64,000 nucleotides of DNA from NCBI GenBank assembly GCA_034925865.1, contig JAYFRN010000005.1, forward strand, positions 5,964 to 69,963, given 5' to 3'. Origin of the DNA: Oscillospiraceae bacterium. Lineage in GTDB: Bacteria; Bacillota; Clostridia; Oscillospirales; SIG627. The position numbers were made by a program, and so were the translations under genes. Below the pieces are notes generated by a model. The model saw nothing but the letters and a program-made list of their open reading frames with translations. It made no database searches and was not told the DNA's origin. Of the stretch, positions 30,174 through 37,975 are shown in pieces (position 1 is the stretch's first letter; the number at the start of each line of letters is the position of its first letter).

Positions 30174-30205
30174 CCGGCATATGAAAATGCCGGTTAATAT
30201 TTACC
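30174..30205 (+). terminator. Hairpin after tetR (weak terminator)
   Basis: CCGGCAT-atgaaa-ATGCCGG followed by a T/A-rich tract. Confidence 0.4.
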
Positions 30206-30213
30206 TCGATATC

Positions 30214-30225
30214 TAACGAACGTTA
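30214..30225. promoter_or_regulatory. Second copy of the TAACGAACGTTA palindrome (putative TetR operator)
   Basis: Exact repeat of the 12-mer at 29547-29558. It lies upstream of the gene at 30401. Confidence 0.5.
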
Positions 30226-30269
30226 TTAAAAATCAATGAGATATTGGTTTATAATATTTATTGCCGCGC

Positions 30270-30373
30270 TATTAAAACGGCATTTAAATAAGCCTTGTTT
30301 CATAAGAGAGAAAAGCCCATACACCAGAGTTTTTCTCTCTATAAGCGGTAATCATTTAAATGCCGAGTTAATA
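30270..30373 (-). repeat. Nested-palindrome intergenic element, copy D (inverted orientation)
   Basis: TATTAAAACGGCATTTAAAT ... GAGAGAAAAG ... TTTTCTCTC ... GCGGTAATCATTTAAATGCCGAGTTAATA. It ends 28 nt before the start codon at 30401. Confidence 0.7.
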
Positions 30374-30400
30374 ATAATAAATTGAAAAGGAGATGCAGAA

Positions 30401-30850
30401 GTGAAAATTGAAAAAAGGCTTGCATTGCTGCAAAACACATATGCAGCATCAGTCGCAGAAACGGTCAACACATATGAAAAGTTAAAAGCGCTGGAGGTAG
30501 TTGTTGAGCGAAGAAAAGAAAGGCAGATGCAGACAGCGCCTTATCTTAATCAGCAATTGAGCATTGAATGCATTGAAGACGTTTTCTATAAGCTTTCGGA
30601 GGTCTATGGCTGCGCAGACTGGTCTTTGGAGAAAACTGATGATGTTTACATAGCTACTGCAACATCGTGTAAGCTCTGTGCGTTATCAAAGAAGATGGGA
30701 GGAGCAAACCCATGTAATGGATGGTGTCTTGATCCGATGATCGCCATGTTATCCGCCGTTGGTAAAATGGACTCTAAGAAAATTTCAGTTGAAAGCACTT
30801 TAATGAGCAGTGACAGATGCAGAGTTATTATTAAAACAGCAATTCAATAA
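30401..30850 (+). CDS. Cys-containing hypothetical protein, possibly of the L-2-amino-thiazoline-4-carboxylate hydrolase-like family
   Basis: 149 aa with AAAGGAG before the GTG start. The pattern SCKLCALSKKMGGANPCNGWCLDP...DRCRVII resembles that family. Assigned from memory only. Confidence 0.35.
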   Translation: MKIEKRLALLQNTYAASVAETVNTYEKLKALEVVVERRKERQMQTAPYLNQQLSIECIEDVFYKLSEVYGCADWSLEKTDDVYIATATSCKLCALSKKMGGANPCNGWCLDPMIAMLSAVGKMDSKKISVESTLMSSDRCRVIIKTAIQ

Positions 30851-30987
30851 TAATTATTCGGCTCACATTGTGAGACACACATGAAAAAACAGCAGCCAAG
30901 TCATCGCCTTAGCTGTTGTTTTTCGCTTCTTGTTTATACTACATCCATACAGTATGGTGAACCGCTTTGAAATAAAAGCGGTTTGCT

Positions 30988-32820
30988 TTATTTCTTCAAA
31001 TGTTCATACCCATAGTCTTTAGCCGAAATTTCACGATAAACCATAATCATATTGAACGCTGTGTTTTTTAATCCGTTTTCAGGAAAATCAAAGATATTAT
31101 GAAAATGAGAACTATCATTCAGCAAAAAGACAAACTTTGAGCTATCTGATGTATTATAGAACGGAACAATTGTCCCGGTATCAAGCTTTACGCCCGGCCA
31201 GCCTTGAGCCACCATGAACTCTGACCAATTCCATTGAGTCTTATTTTGAATGTGATTCTCGATGAGTGCTCCGATGGAATCATAATCCAGAGCCTTCCAA
31301 TCATTAAATCCTGCATAATTGGAACCGGCAAGCTCGGACATATATGTCGTAACTTGATTTTTCGTTTTGCCTGCCATTATAAAATCATCACCGGAGTTTC
31401 CAAACTCAATATTTTTTGAATAATACATGCCATCCCATTTTGCATCAACAACGATATTTTTCTCTATAGGAAGAACCATGAGCGCTTCTTGCTGTTCCAG
31501 ATGGGATTTATATCGATTAATACAGTCCATTATTATTGCAGCATTGTCCCCGGTTTTTTGTTCTGTGGCGTGATAATACTCAACCTGAAGAATAAGAATA
31601 GCATCCTGATATTGTCTGAAGAAATCGTATTGCGCCTTGACTTTGTTATAGTCATCAGAATCCAGATAGCGGTCTTCATAAACGATCTCGTGCCAAAGAG
31701 TTAGAAGAGGTTTTTCACCGGCCAAACCTACAAGCTGGTTGTGAATCACATCCGCGTTATCGATAATTTTCGATTCAATCCTGTTTATAAGACTCTGTCT
31801 TGCTGTCTCGGGATTTGCGGGCGGATTAGTTATAAAATTGTTTAAATCCCTTCGTATACTGTATACACTAGAAATCAGATCATTTAACTGCAGTACTCGA
31901 TTCCCGTAATCAGACAAAGCCTGCTGATGCGTTAGTTGTTTAAGCATATCTTTCAGCTGTGTGACGATATTGTCAAGCTGATTGCTGATTGCGTCAAGCT
32001 TTATAGACATTTTCGTCATTTCTGCTTTCATATCAGCCATGCCATCCTGGATTTTCGCCAGTTCCTCGGCGGTATGGTCTTCTTCGCCGAAGTTGATCCC
32101 GGCTTTGTCAAGTCCCCAGCCCATCAGTTCGCCGCCGACATAGGACACTGCACCCTCTGCAAGCGTAGTTGCCAGCCAAGAGGCGGCACCTTGCAGCATT
32201 ATGGATTCCTGAAATGGATGAGTTTTACCGGAGTCAATCTCAATCAGAAGCTTTTCTATAAAAGGATTTATTCCGCCGTTTTCACTGGCTTCTTTCAAAA
32301 ATTGATCATTGTTGAAATATTCATTTGAAATCTGCGTCCCGCTCGGAAGATCAAACCATTCCGGTATTTCCAGAAGATTTTTTACCGCAAGAAAAGCGTC
32401 GGTAAGACTTGCTTCAGGATATTTGTCGAGATATGCGCTGACAATGGTTGTGACGGGATTTATGTAGATTGTATCTGATTCAGTGTTATAGTCACGCACA
32501 TCAACGCTCAGTTTTCCTGAGAATTTCTCATTGTATATAGTGCCGTCTTCGGTGACAATTCTGAAGTCAGAGGGAAGAGCTGATGTTTTAATCAGCATTC
32601 TGCCCTGCTCGTCAGTAATAAGGTTATCTGATTTAAGAATTTGCTTGCCGCTTGTGTCGTATACGCTTAAAACAGCGGATGATACAGGCACGCCTGCATA
32701 CACCAAGCTGTTTATCGTGCATTCATTACGGCTGCAACCGACAGATATCATACAAGTGAGCGTGAGAGCAAAGCATAAAGTATAGGAAATAATCTTTTTT
32801 AACCGTTTGATAATCATCAT
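30988..32820 (-). CDS. Large lipoprotein of unknown function with a central coiled-coil-like segment
   Basis: Starts MMIIKRLKK...LTCMISVGC|S (lipobox-like). The central heptad-like stretch is AEELAKIQDGMADMKAEMTKMSIKLDAISNQLDNIVTQLKDMLKQL. I recognise no family. The first 16 track codons overlap an operator-like repeat array. Confidence 0.6.
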   Translation of the reverse strand: MMIIKRLKKIISYTLCFALTLTCMISVGCSRNECTINSLVYAGVPVSSAVLSVYDTSGKQILKSDNLITDEQGRMLIKTSALPSDFRIVTEDGTIYNEKFSGKLSVDVRDYNTESDTIYINPVTTIVSAYLDKYPEASLTDAFLAVKNLLEIPEWFDLPSGTQISNEYFNNDQFLKEASENGGINPFIEKLLIEIDSGKTHPFQESIMLQGAASWLATTLAEGAVSYVGGELMGWGLDKAGINFGEEDHTAEELAKIQDGMADMKAEMTKMSIKLDAISNQLDNIVTQLKDMLKQLTHQQALSDYGNRVLQLNDLISSVYSIRRDLNNFITNPPANPETARQSLINRIESKIIDNADVIHNQLVGLAGEKPLLTLWHEIVYEDRYLDSDDYNKVKAQYDFFRQYQDAILILQVEYYHATEQKTGDNAAIIMDCINRYKSHLEQQEALMVLPIEKNIVVDAKWDGMYYSKNIEFGNSGDDFIMAGKTKNQVTTYMSELAGSNYAGFNDWKALDYDSIGALIENHIQNKTQWNWSEFMVAQGWPGVKLDTGTIVPFYNTSDSSKFVFLLNDSSHFHNIFDFPENGLKNTAFNMIMVYREISAKDYGYEHLKK

Positions 32821-32842
32821 TTTACCTTTTTCAAATATATTT

Positions 32843-32876
32843 GGACAATATTTTGTCCACTTGTCCACTTGTCCAG
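32843..32876. promoter_or_regulatory. Operator-like repeat array in the 5' leader of the lipoprotein gene
   Basis: On the plus strand, GGACAA (32843-32848) is inverted relative to TTGTCC at 32853. TTGTCCAC-type direct repeats follow at 32853, 32861 and 32869 with an 8-bp period. Confidence 0.5.
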
Positions 32877-32919
32877 ATGTATAGCTAAAAGCATATACAC
32901 ATCTAGATTAACAAATAAC

Positions 32920-32948
32920 ATTTTAACACAATATACATAGTCTGTCAA
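32920..32948 (-). promoter_or_regulatory. Sigma-70-type promoter of the lipoprotein gene
   Basis: Minus strand: TTGACA (32948-32943), 17-bp spacer, TAAAAT (32925-32920). Confidence 0.5.
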
Positions 32949-32995
32949 GTAATCTGTAACAAAGCATGACATTTTAAAAATTTCATCAATTATTT

Positions 32996-34207
32996 TTATT
33001 TAGTTGGCTTAAAACTGTGGGTAAGGTCTGACATCCAGAAAAACGGAAGTGCCGCGCACTGCATAACCACTGAAAATATTACCAGCCACATGGGCGATAA
33101 ATCATAAAGAACGCCCATCATCCAGCTTCCCAGAAACCAACATATACCAAAAGCAGTCTGGAAAATACCGAAACCGGAGGAACGGCTTTGCTTTGGTACG
33201 ATACTTGACACAGCAGCTTTTAGTATTGATTCCTGCGCCCCCATGCCGATACCCCATAATGCGACACCGAGAAACAGCGCCCATCGCGACGTAACCGAGA
33301 AAATCAGAATAGCAAACGGCGCAGAAATAAGAGTGGATAACATCAAAACTCTGATACCGCGTTTATCAAACAGCCATCCGAAAAAGAGAGCGGAAAAAGC
33401 GTCCACTGCCATAGCTCCCGCATAAATCAGCGGTAATGTATCAGTAGAAATGAGTCCGGTCCGGGCGGTATGCATAGTTATCATAGTAAAATCCAGAAAG
33501 CCGGCGGCAAATAAGCTGATGGCGATGATATAAAGAATAAACGAACGGTTCATTCTGAAAGGTACAGTTTCTTTCGCGGCAGGTTCGAATTCTTCCGGAT
33601 TCGGATAACGCTGTTTTGCGATCAGCAGTAAAATTACGGTTATTATGGCGGGAATACCGAGTATTGCAAAACAGATTTTATACGTGGTAAAATGATCTTT
33701 GCTTTTATTCAGGAGCATAACTATAAAGAGCAGAACCGGTCCGAGAAACGCGCCGATCTGATCAAGGAACTCCTGTATGGCAAAACCCTTTCCGGCACCG
33801 GTTTGCGATGTGGCGAAGGATAATATCGTATCCTTCGCAGGTTTCTTGATGGCCTTACCTGCGCGCTGCACAACAATCAGCATACATGCCAGCAGCCAGC
33901 CGCCGCGCCCGACCAGAGCCAACGCGGGAATAGCCATACAGTCTATCAGATAACCCAAAACGGTCAACAGCCAGTATTTTTTCGTCCTGTCCGTTATCCA
34001 ACCGGTGACGAGCCGAAGGGAATAGCCTATAAGCTCACCAAGACCGGACACAAAGCCTATGGCCGCAGCGGAAGCTCCTGCAAGACTAAGAAAATCTCCA
34101 AGTATACTTGCCGCTCCTTCGTGGGTCATATCGGAAAACAAGCTTACGATACCCATTAATAAAATAAAACCCAAAGCTGCCTTTTTCATAAATGCTTTTT
34201 TATCCAT
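32996..34207 (-). CDS. MFS transporter
   Basis: About 400 aa with 12 predicted TM segments and the GWITDRTKKYW loop motif. GAGGAAG lies 8 nt before ATG 34207. Confidence 0.8.
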   Translation of the reverse strand: MDKKAFMKKAALGFILLMGIVSLFSDMTHEGAASILGDFLSLAGASAAAIGFVSGLGELIGYSLRLVTGWITDRTKKYWLLTVLGYLIDCMAIPALALVGRGGWLLACMLIVVQRAGKAIKKPAKDTILSFATSQTGAGKGFAIQEFLDQIGAFLGPVLLFIVMLLNKSKDHFTTYKICFAILGIPAIITVILLLIAKQRYPNPEEFEPAAKETVPFRMNRSFILYIIAISLFAAGFLDFTMITMHTARTGLISTDTLPLIYAGAMAVDAFSALFFGWLFDKRGIRVLMLSTLISAPFAILIFSVTSRWALFLGVALWGIGMGAQESILKAAVSSIVPKQSRSSGFGIFQTAFGICWFLGSWMMGVLYDLSPMWLVIFSVVMQCAALPFFWMSDLTHSFKPTK

Positions 34208-34396
34208 GCCGTTCACTTCCTCTATTTTTCATTATATATTATAACATTTATGCCGGTATCATCAATGCTTTTTCATAGCTTCAGTAACGGCAACTGTAAC
34301 CGTAACCACGATGGTAACGCGGTCGTTTACCTGTGCCAAGAAAGTCCATCATGAAATTATTGTGGATTATGCTCATTATGCAAATCTTAACTTACA

Positions 34397-34918
34397 TCAT
34401 TCCCCGAACAGGTTTATTTGCGACATTATAAAGAACAGAGCTGTGCCAATTACTAAAACACAAGTTATTTGCTTCGGGCTTTTATATAAAACCATAATTG
34501 TCGCTGCCCATAGAATCAATTCCGGAATATAGCTGATATCAAAATACCAAAATCCAAAATAGAACGCCTGCCGTGCAAACATCATAAAAACAACTGCCGA
34601 AATACAGACTGATACAACATGAGTTCCTTTTGCGTACCAGCATACTGCTCCTAAAAACAGTGATAATACTGTCATGGCTATCCAAATCATCATATATGAC
34701 TTTGGAAAAAAGCCGGCTATTTTTATTGTATATATATAATAACTGCCTACCATACCTATAAAAAACATAAAGCTATTTAAGGCAGCTCTTAATGGTGTCT
34801 TTGAATAGACAGATATACAGACGCCAATAAACATCCATACACCCATACGTGAAAAGAAATTATTCAAATCCAAAGCTTCTAAAAATGCTGGCAGCAAATT
34901 GCTCGGAGTCACATCCAA
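34397..34918 (-). CDS. Polytopic membrane protein of unknown function (5' end ambiguous, possible pseudogene)
   Basis: 173-aa ORF from a TTG start. The same frame continues upstream through a hydrophobic segment to ATG 35002, but a TAA at 34987-34985 interrupts it. Confidence 0.45.
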   Translation of the reverse strand: MDVTPSNLLPAFLEALDLNNFFSRMGVWMFIGVCISVYSKTPLRAALNSFMFFIGMVGSYYIYTIKIAGFFPKSYMMIWIAMTVLSLFLGAVCWYAKGTHVVSVCISAVVFMMFARQAFYFGFWYFDISYIPELILWAATIMVLYKSPKQITCVLVIGTALFFIMSQINLFGE

Positions 34919-35181
34919 TGCTTTTGAAATTATGCCAAGTGCAATTCCAATAGCAAATATAATTGATGAATATATATAATTTTTTTATAAACAGACAAGC
35001 ATTCTGGCGTTCGGATTTTATTTAAATTCTCTAAAATAACAGCCTCCGGTTACATTAATTATTTCAATTTCATCCTGTTGAATTATAGCATAAATATTTA
35101 CTTTTTCAATAGCTATTCTCTGACAAAGGTACAAAATATAGAACACTAAAGCAATATTTTCTATAAAATGCTCTAAACATA

Positions 35182-35237
35182 TTGACAAAACTTGATTTGA
35201 CGCATATAATAACAACATATCAAATAATTATGATATG
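35182..35237 (+). promoter_or_regulatory. arsR-family promoter plus inverted-repeat operator
   Basis: TTGACA (35182-35187), 17-bp spacer, TATAAT (35205-35210). The inverted repeat CATATCA-N8-TGATATG follows at 35216-35237. Confidence 0.6.
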
Positions 35238-35247
35238 AGGTGATCAC

Positions 35248-35562
35248 TTGGAAACTATATATGAAAAAAACGCAAAGATATTCAAAGCGTTTTGTGATGA
35301 AAAGCGTTTGCAAATTCTTGAGCTACTGCGTGGCGGAGAAAAATGCGCCTGCGTTTTACTTGAGCAACTGGACTTGGGGCAGTCGGGACTTTCTTACCAT
35401 ATGAAGATTCTGGTTGAGTCAGGCGTTGTAGAGAGTAGGCAGAAGGGCAAATGGACACACTATACAATAAGTGAACAAGGCAGTGCTTATGCCGGTATTC
35501 TGCTGAAGGAACTGACGACACCGAATGCGGTTACATTAGAAAAAAATTGCTGCAAAAAATAA
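35248..35562 (+). CDS. ArsR/SmtB-family metal(loid)/redox-responsive transcriptional repressor
   Basis: 104 aa. Winged-HTH FKAFCDEKRLQILELLRGGEKCACVLLEQLDLGQSGLSYHMKIL with a CAC motif in the alpha3 position. Confidence 0.85.
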   Translation: METIYEKNAKIFKAFCDEKRLQILELLRGGEKCACVLLEQLDLGQSGLSYHMKILVESGVVESRQKGKWTHYTISEQGSAYAGILLKELTTPNAVTLEKNCCKK

Positions 35563-35596
35563 GCCATCTGACGATGGCTTTAAAACAGCGAAACAC

Positions 35597-35612
35597 ATCA
35601 AAATTATTTGAT
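35597..35612. promoter_or_regulatory. Second ArsR-type operator-like palindrome
   Basis: ATCAAA-ATTA-TTTGAT. Related to the 35216-35237 site and located just upstream of the permease gene. Confidence 0.4.
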
Positions 35613-35649
35613 ATTATTGTCCTTTTATTGAAAGTGAGGTTTATACGCT

Positions 35650-36663
35650 ATGCAAATACTAAAGTTAATTTGGGATTTTTTCCAGAATCAAATACTTGGA
35701 ATGAAATGGCTAAATGAATTAATCGGCAGCGGTCTTCAAGCATTAGGTTTTGACACCATAAACCGCTGGATTGGAAGCATTCAGTTTTTCGCATATGACG
35801 TTATAAAAATCACGATACTGCTGTGTTTTCTCATATTTCTTATCAGTTATATACAAAGCTATTTTCCACCTGAGCGAAGCAAGAAGATTTTAGGGCGTTT
35901 TCATGGTATCGGAGCGAACTCTGTCGCAGCCTTACTTGGAACAGTAACGCCATTCTGTTCATGCTCATCAATACCGCTATTTATTGGCTTTACATCCGCC
36001 GGACTGCCTTTGGGCGTGACATTTTCATTTTTGATATCTTCTCCAATGGTTGATCTTGGTTCTTTGGTTCTCCTGATGAGTATTTTCGGCGCAAAGGTCG
36101 CTGTCATCTATGTGATTGTAGGGTTAATTGTCGCCATCGTCGGCGGTACACTTATCGAGAAACTACACATGGAAAAGCATGTTGAGAGCTTTATACTAAC
36201 TGCAGGCAGCGTAGATATAGAATCCCCCGATTTGACAAGAAAAGACCGCCTTGTATATGCAAAAGAGCAAATGCTTACAACCTTTAAAAAAGTATTCCCA
36301 TATATCTTGATAGGTGTTGGCATAGGCGCTGTCATCCACAATTGGATACCCGAAGAATGGGTTGCGGCCGTACTTGGCAGCAATAATCCTGTTGGAGTAA
36401 TACTGGCAACACTCATAGGCATACCGATGTATGCCGATATATTCGGTACAATTCCGATTGCGGAAGCACTGCTTTCCAAAGGCGCTCAGCTTGGCACTAT
36501 CCTGTCTTTCATGATGGCGGTCACAACACTGTCTCTGCCGTCAATGATTATGCTGCGAAAAGCTGTTAAACCAAAGCTCCTGGCGTTGTTCATCGCCATA
36601 TGTACCATTGGCATCATCATCGTGGGCTACTTTTTTAACGCAATTCAATCATTTATTATCTAG
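35650..36663 (+). CDS. UPF0718/DUF318-family permease (ArsP-type family)
   Basis: 337-aa polytopic ORF. It has the vicinal-Cys motif TPFCSCSSIPLF characteristic of this permease family. Confidence 0.7.
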   Translation: MQILKLIWDFFQNQILGMKWLNELIGSGLQALGFDTINRWIGSIQFFAYDVIKITILLCFLIFLISYIQSYFPPERSKKILGRFHGIGANSVAALLGTVTPFCSCSSIPLFIGFTSAGLPLGVTFSFLISSPMVDLGSLVLLMSIFGAKVAVIYVIVGLIVAIVGGTLIEKLHMEKHVESFILTAGSVDIESPDLTRKDRLVYAKEQMLTTFKKVFPYILIGVGIGAVIHNWIPEEWVAAVLGSNNPVGVILATLIGIPMYADIFGTIPIAEALLSKGAQLGTILSFMMAVTTLSLPSMIMLRKAVKPKLLALFIAICTIGIIIVGYFFNAIQSFII

Positions 36664-36674
36664 GAGGAACTGTT

Positions 36675-37439
36675 ATGGCTAAAACATGGTATCCCGTTAT
36701 CGATTACTTGACCTGTGTAGAATGCGGCACCTGTATCGCAAAGTGTCCCCATGGTGTATATGACACATCGAAAGCGCCATCACCTGTTGTAAAGAACCCT
36801 GAATCCTGCGCAGACCATTGCTATGGATGCGGCAACCGTTGTCCGGTAGGAGCGATAACTTATGTAGGCGAGGACACAGGCTGGACACCGCCAAACGGAG
36901 AACTACCAGAGGAAGAATCCTGCTGTTCCTGCGGGTGTGAAACGGCTTCTGAAAAGAAGGTTATTATTGAATATCTTTATCTTGATCTGCAGACCTGTGA
37001 CCGCTGTATTGGAACGGACAACGTACTTGACGAGGTCATGATGACGATTACCCCGGCATTAAAAATCTCGGGCTTTGAAGTAGAATATAATAAAATTGAT
37101 ATGAAGACAGCGGAAATTGCAACGCAATATAAGTTCCTTTCTTCTCCTACAATTCGTGTAAACGGTCAGGACATCTGTAAATCGGTTGCTGAAAACAGCT
37201 GCGGCTGCTGCAGTGACATCAGTGGAACCGATGTGGACTGTAGGGTGTTTGAATATAACGGGGAATCGTATGAAGTGCCGCCAAAAGAAATGCTCGCCGA
37301 AGCCATCCTAAGTGTTGTATTTGGGCAACTTGAAACTGGCTGTTCCTGTGGCGAGTATCAACTACCCGAAAATCTGAGAGACTTCTTTAATGGAAAGAAA
37401 AGCAAATCCGGATGTTCATGCGGAGGTAATTGTTGCTGA
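36675..37439 (+). CDS. Fusion protein: 4Fe-4S ferredoxin-type domain plus DUF2703-like domain, with a Cys-rich linker and tail
   Basis: N-terminal CVECGTCIAKCP...CYGCGNRCP. A central thioredoxin-like DUF2703 segment reads IEYLYLDLQTCDRCIGT...SSPTIRVNG. Cys clusters are CCSCGCE, GCSCGEY and GCSCGGNCC at the C-terminus. Confidence 0.6.
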   Translation: MAKTWYPVIDYLTCVECGTCIAKCPHGVYDTSKAPSPVVKNPESCADHCYGCGNRCPVGAITYVGEDTGWTPPNGELPEEESCCSCGCETASEKKVIIEYLYLDLQTCDRCIGTDNVLDEVMMTITPALKISGFEVEYNKIDMKTAEIATQYKFLSSPTIRVNGQDICKSVAENSCGCCSDISGTDVDCRVFEYNGESYEVPPKEMLAEAILSVVFGQLETGCSCGEYQLPENLRDFFNGKKSKSGCSCGGNCC

Positions 37440-37975
37440 TGGATAATAAAAAAACTGATAAGAAAAAGCTATTCGTTAAAATATTGGTTCCGGTATTGAT
37501 TGCGGTGTCTCTTACTGTTATCTGGATAGTAAAAACGCATCCGACACCTACTCAGATTGATGAAAACGGAAACATAGCAGACTTTGTTCTTGAGGCGGAA
37601 TCAATCGACCTTGAAGCATTAAAAGCTTATGGCTTGCCGATTATTATTGATTTCGGATCGGACTCATGTATCCCGTGCAAGGCAATGGCCCCCGTTCTTC
37701 AGACCATGAACGCCGAAATGCAGGGCAAGGTCATTATTAAGTTTGTTGACGTCTGGAAGCATGCCGGAGCGGCGGACGGTTACCCGATACAGTATATTCC
37801 GACGCAGATTTTTTTCAACACAGACGGGATACCATACGTTCCGAGCAACAATATTGGTATTGAATTTACTATGTATGATTACAAAGATACCGGGGCACAT
37901 GCCTTCACGGTACATCAAGGCGGTCTGACCGAAGATCAGATGCGGGTAATTCTTGCTGACATGGGAATTAAATGA
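37439..37975 (+). CDS. Membrane-anchored thioredoxin-like protein (TlpA/ResA-like)
   Basis: N-terminal TM, then the CxxC motif DSCIPCKAMAP. The start overlaps the upstream stop (TGATG). The alternative TTG start at 37430 cannot be excluded. Confidence 0.7.
   Translation: MDNKKTDKKKLFVKILVPVLIAVSLTVIWIVKTHPTPTQIDENGNIADFVLEAESIDLEALKAYGLPIIIDFGSDSCIPCKAMAPVLQTMNAEMQGKVIIKFVDVWKHAGAADGYPIQYIPTQIFFNTDGIPYVPSNNIGIEFTMYDYKDTGAHAFTVHQGGLTEDQMRVILADMGIK

Noticed and set aside
32843-32876. The 8-bp-period TTGTCCAC repeats as a possible CRISPR or minisatellite.
   Set aside because: There are only three short units with no spacers, located in a promoter-proximal leader. It is interpreted as an operator-like array.
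34281-34320. GTAAC-rich periodic sequence (GTAACGGCAACTGTAACCGTAACCACGATGGTAACGCGG) upstream of the MFS promoter.
   Set aside because: The units are imperfect with no clear symmetry or second occurrence. I cannot distinguish it from chance in a short GC-richer patch.
35018-35218. A 66-aa minus-strand ORF.
   Set aside because: It overlaps the arsR promoter/operator and an AT-rich intergenic region. It has no SD and an implausible composition.
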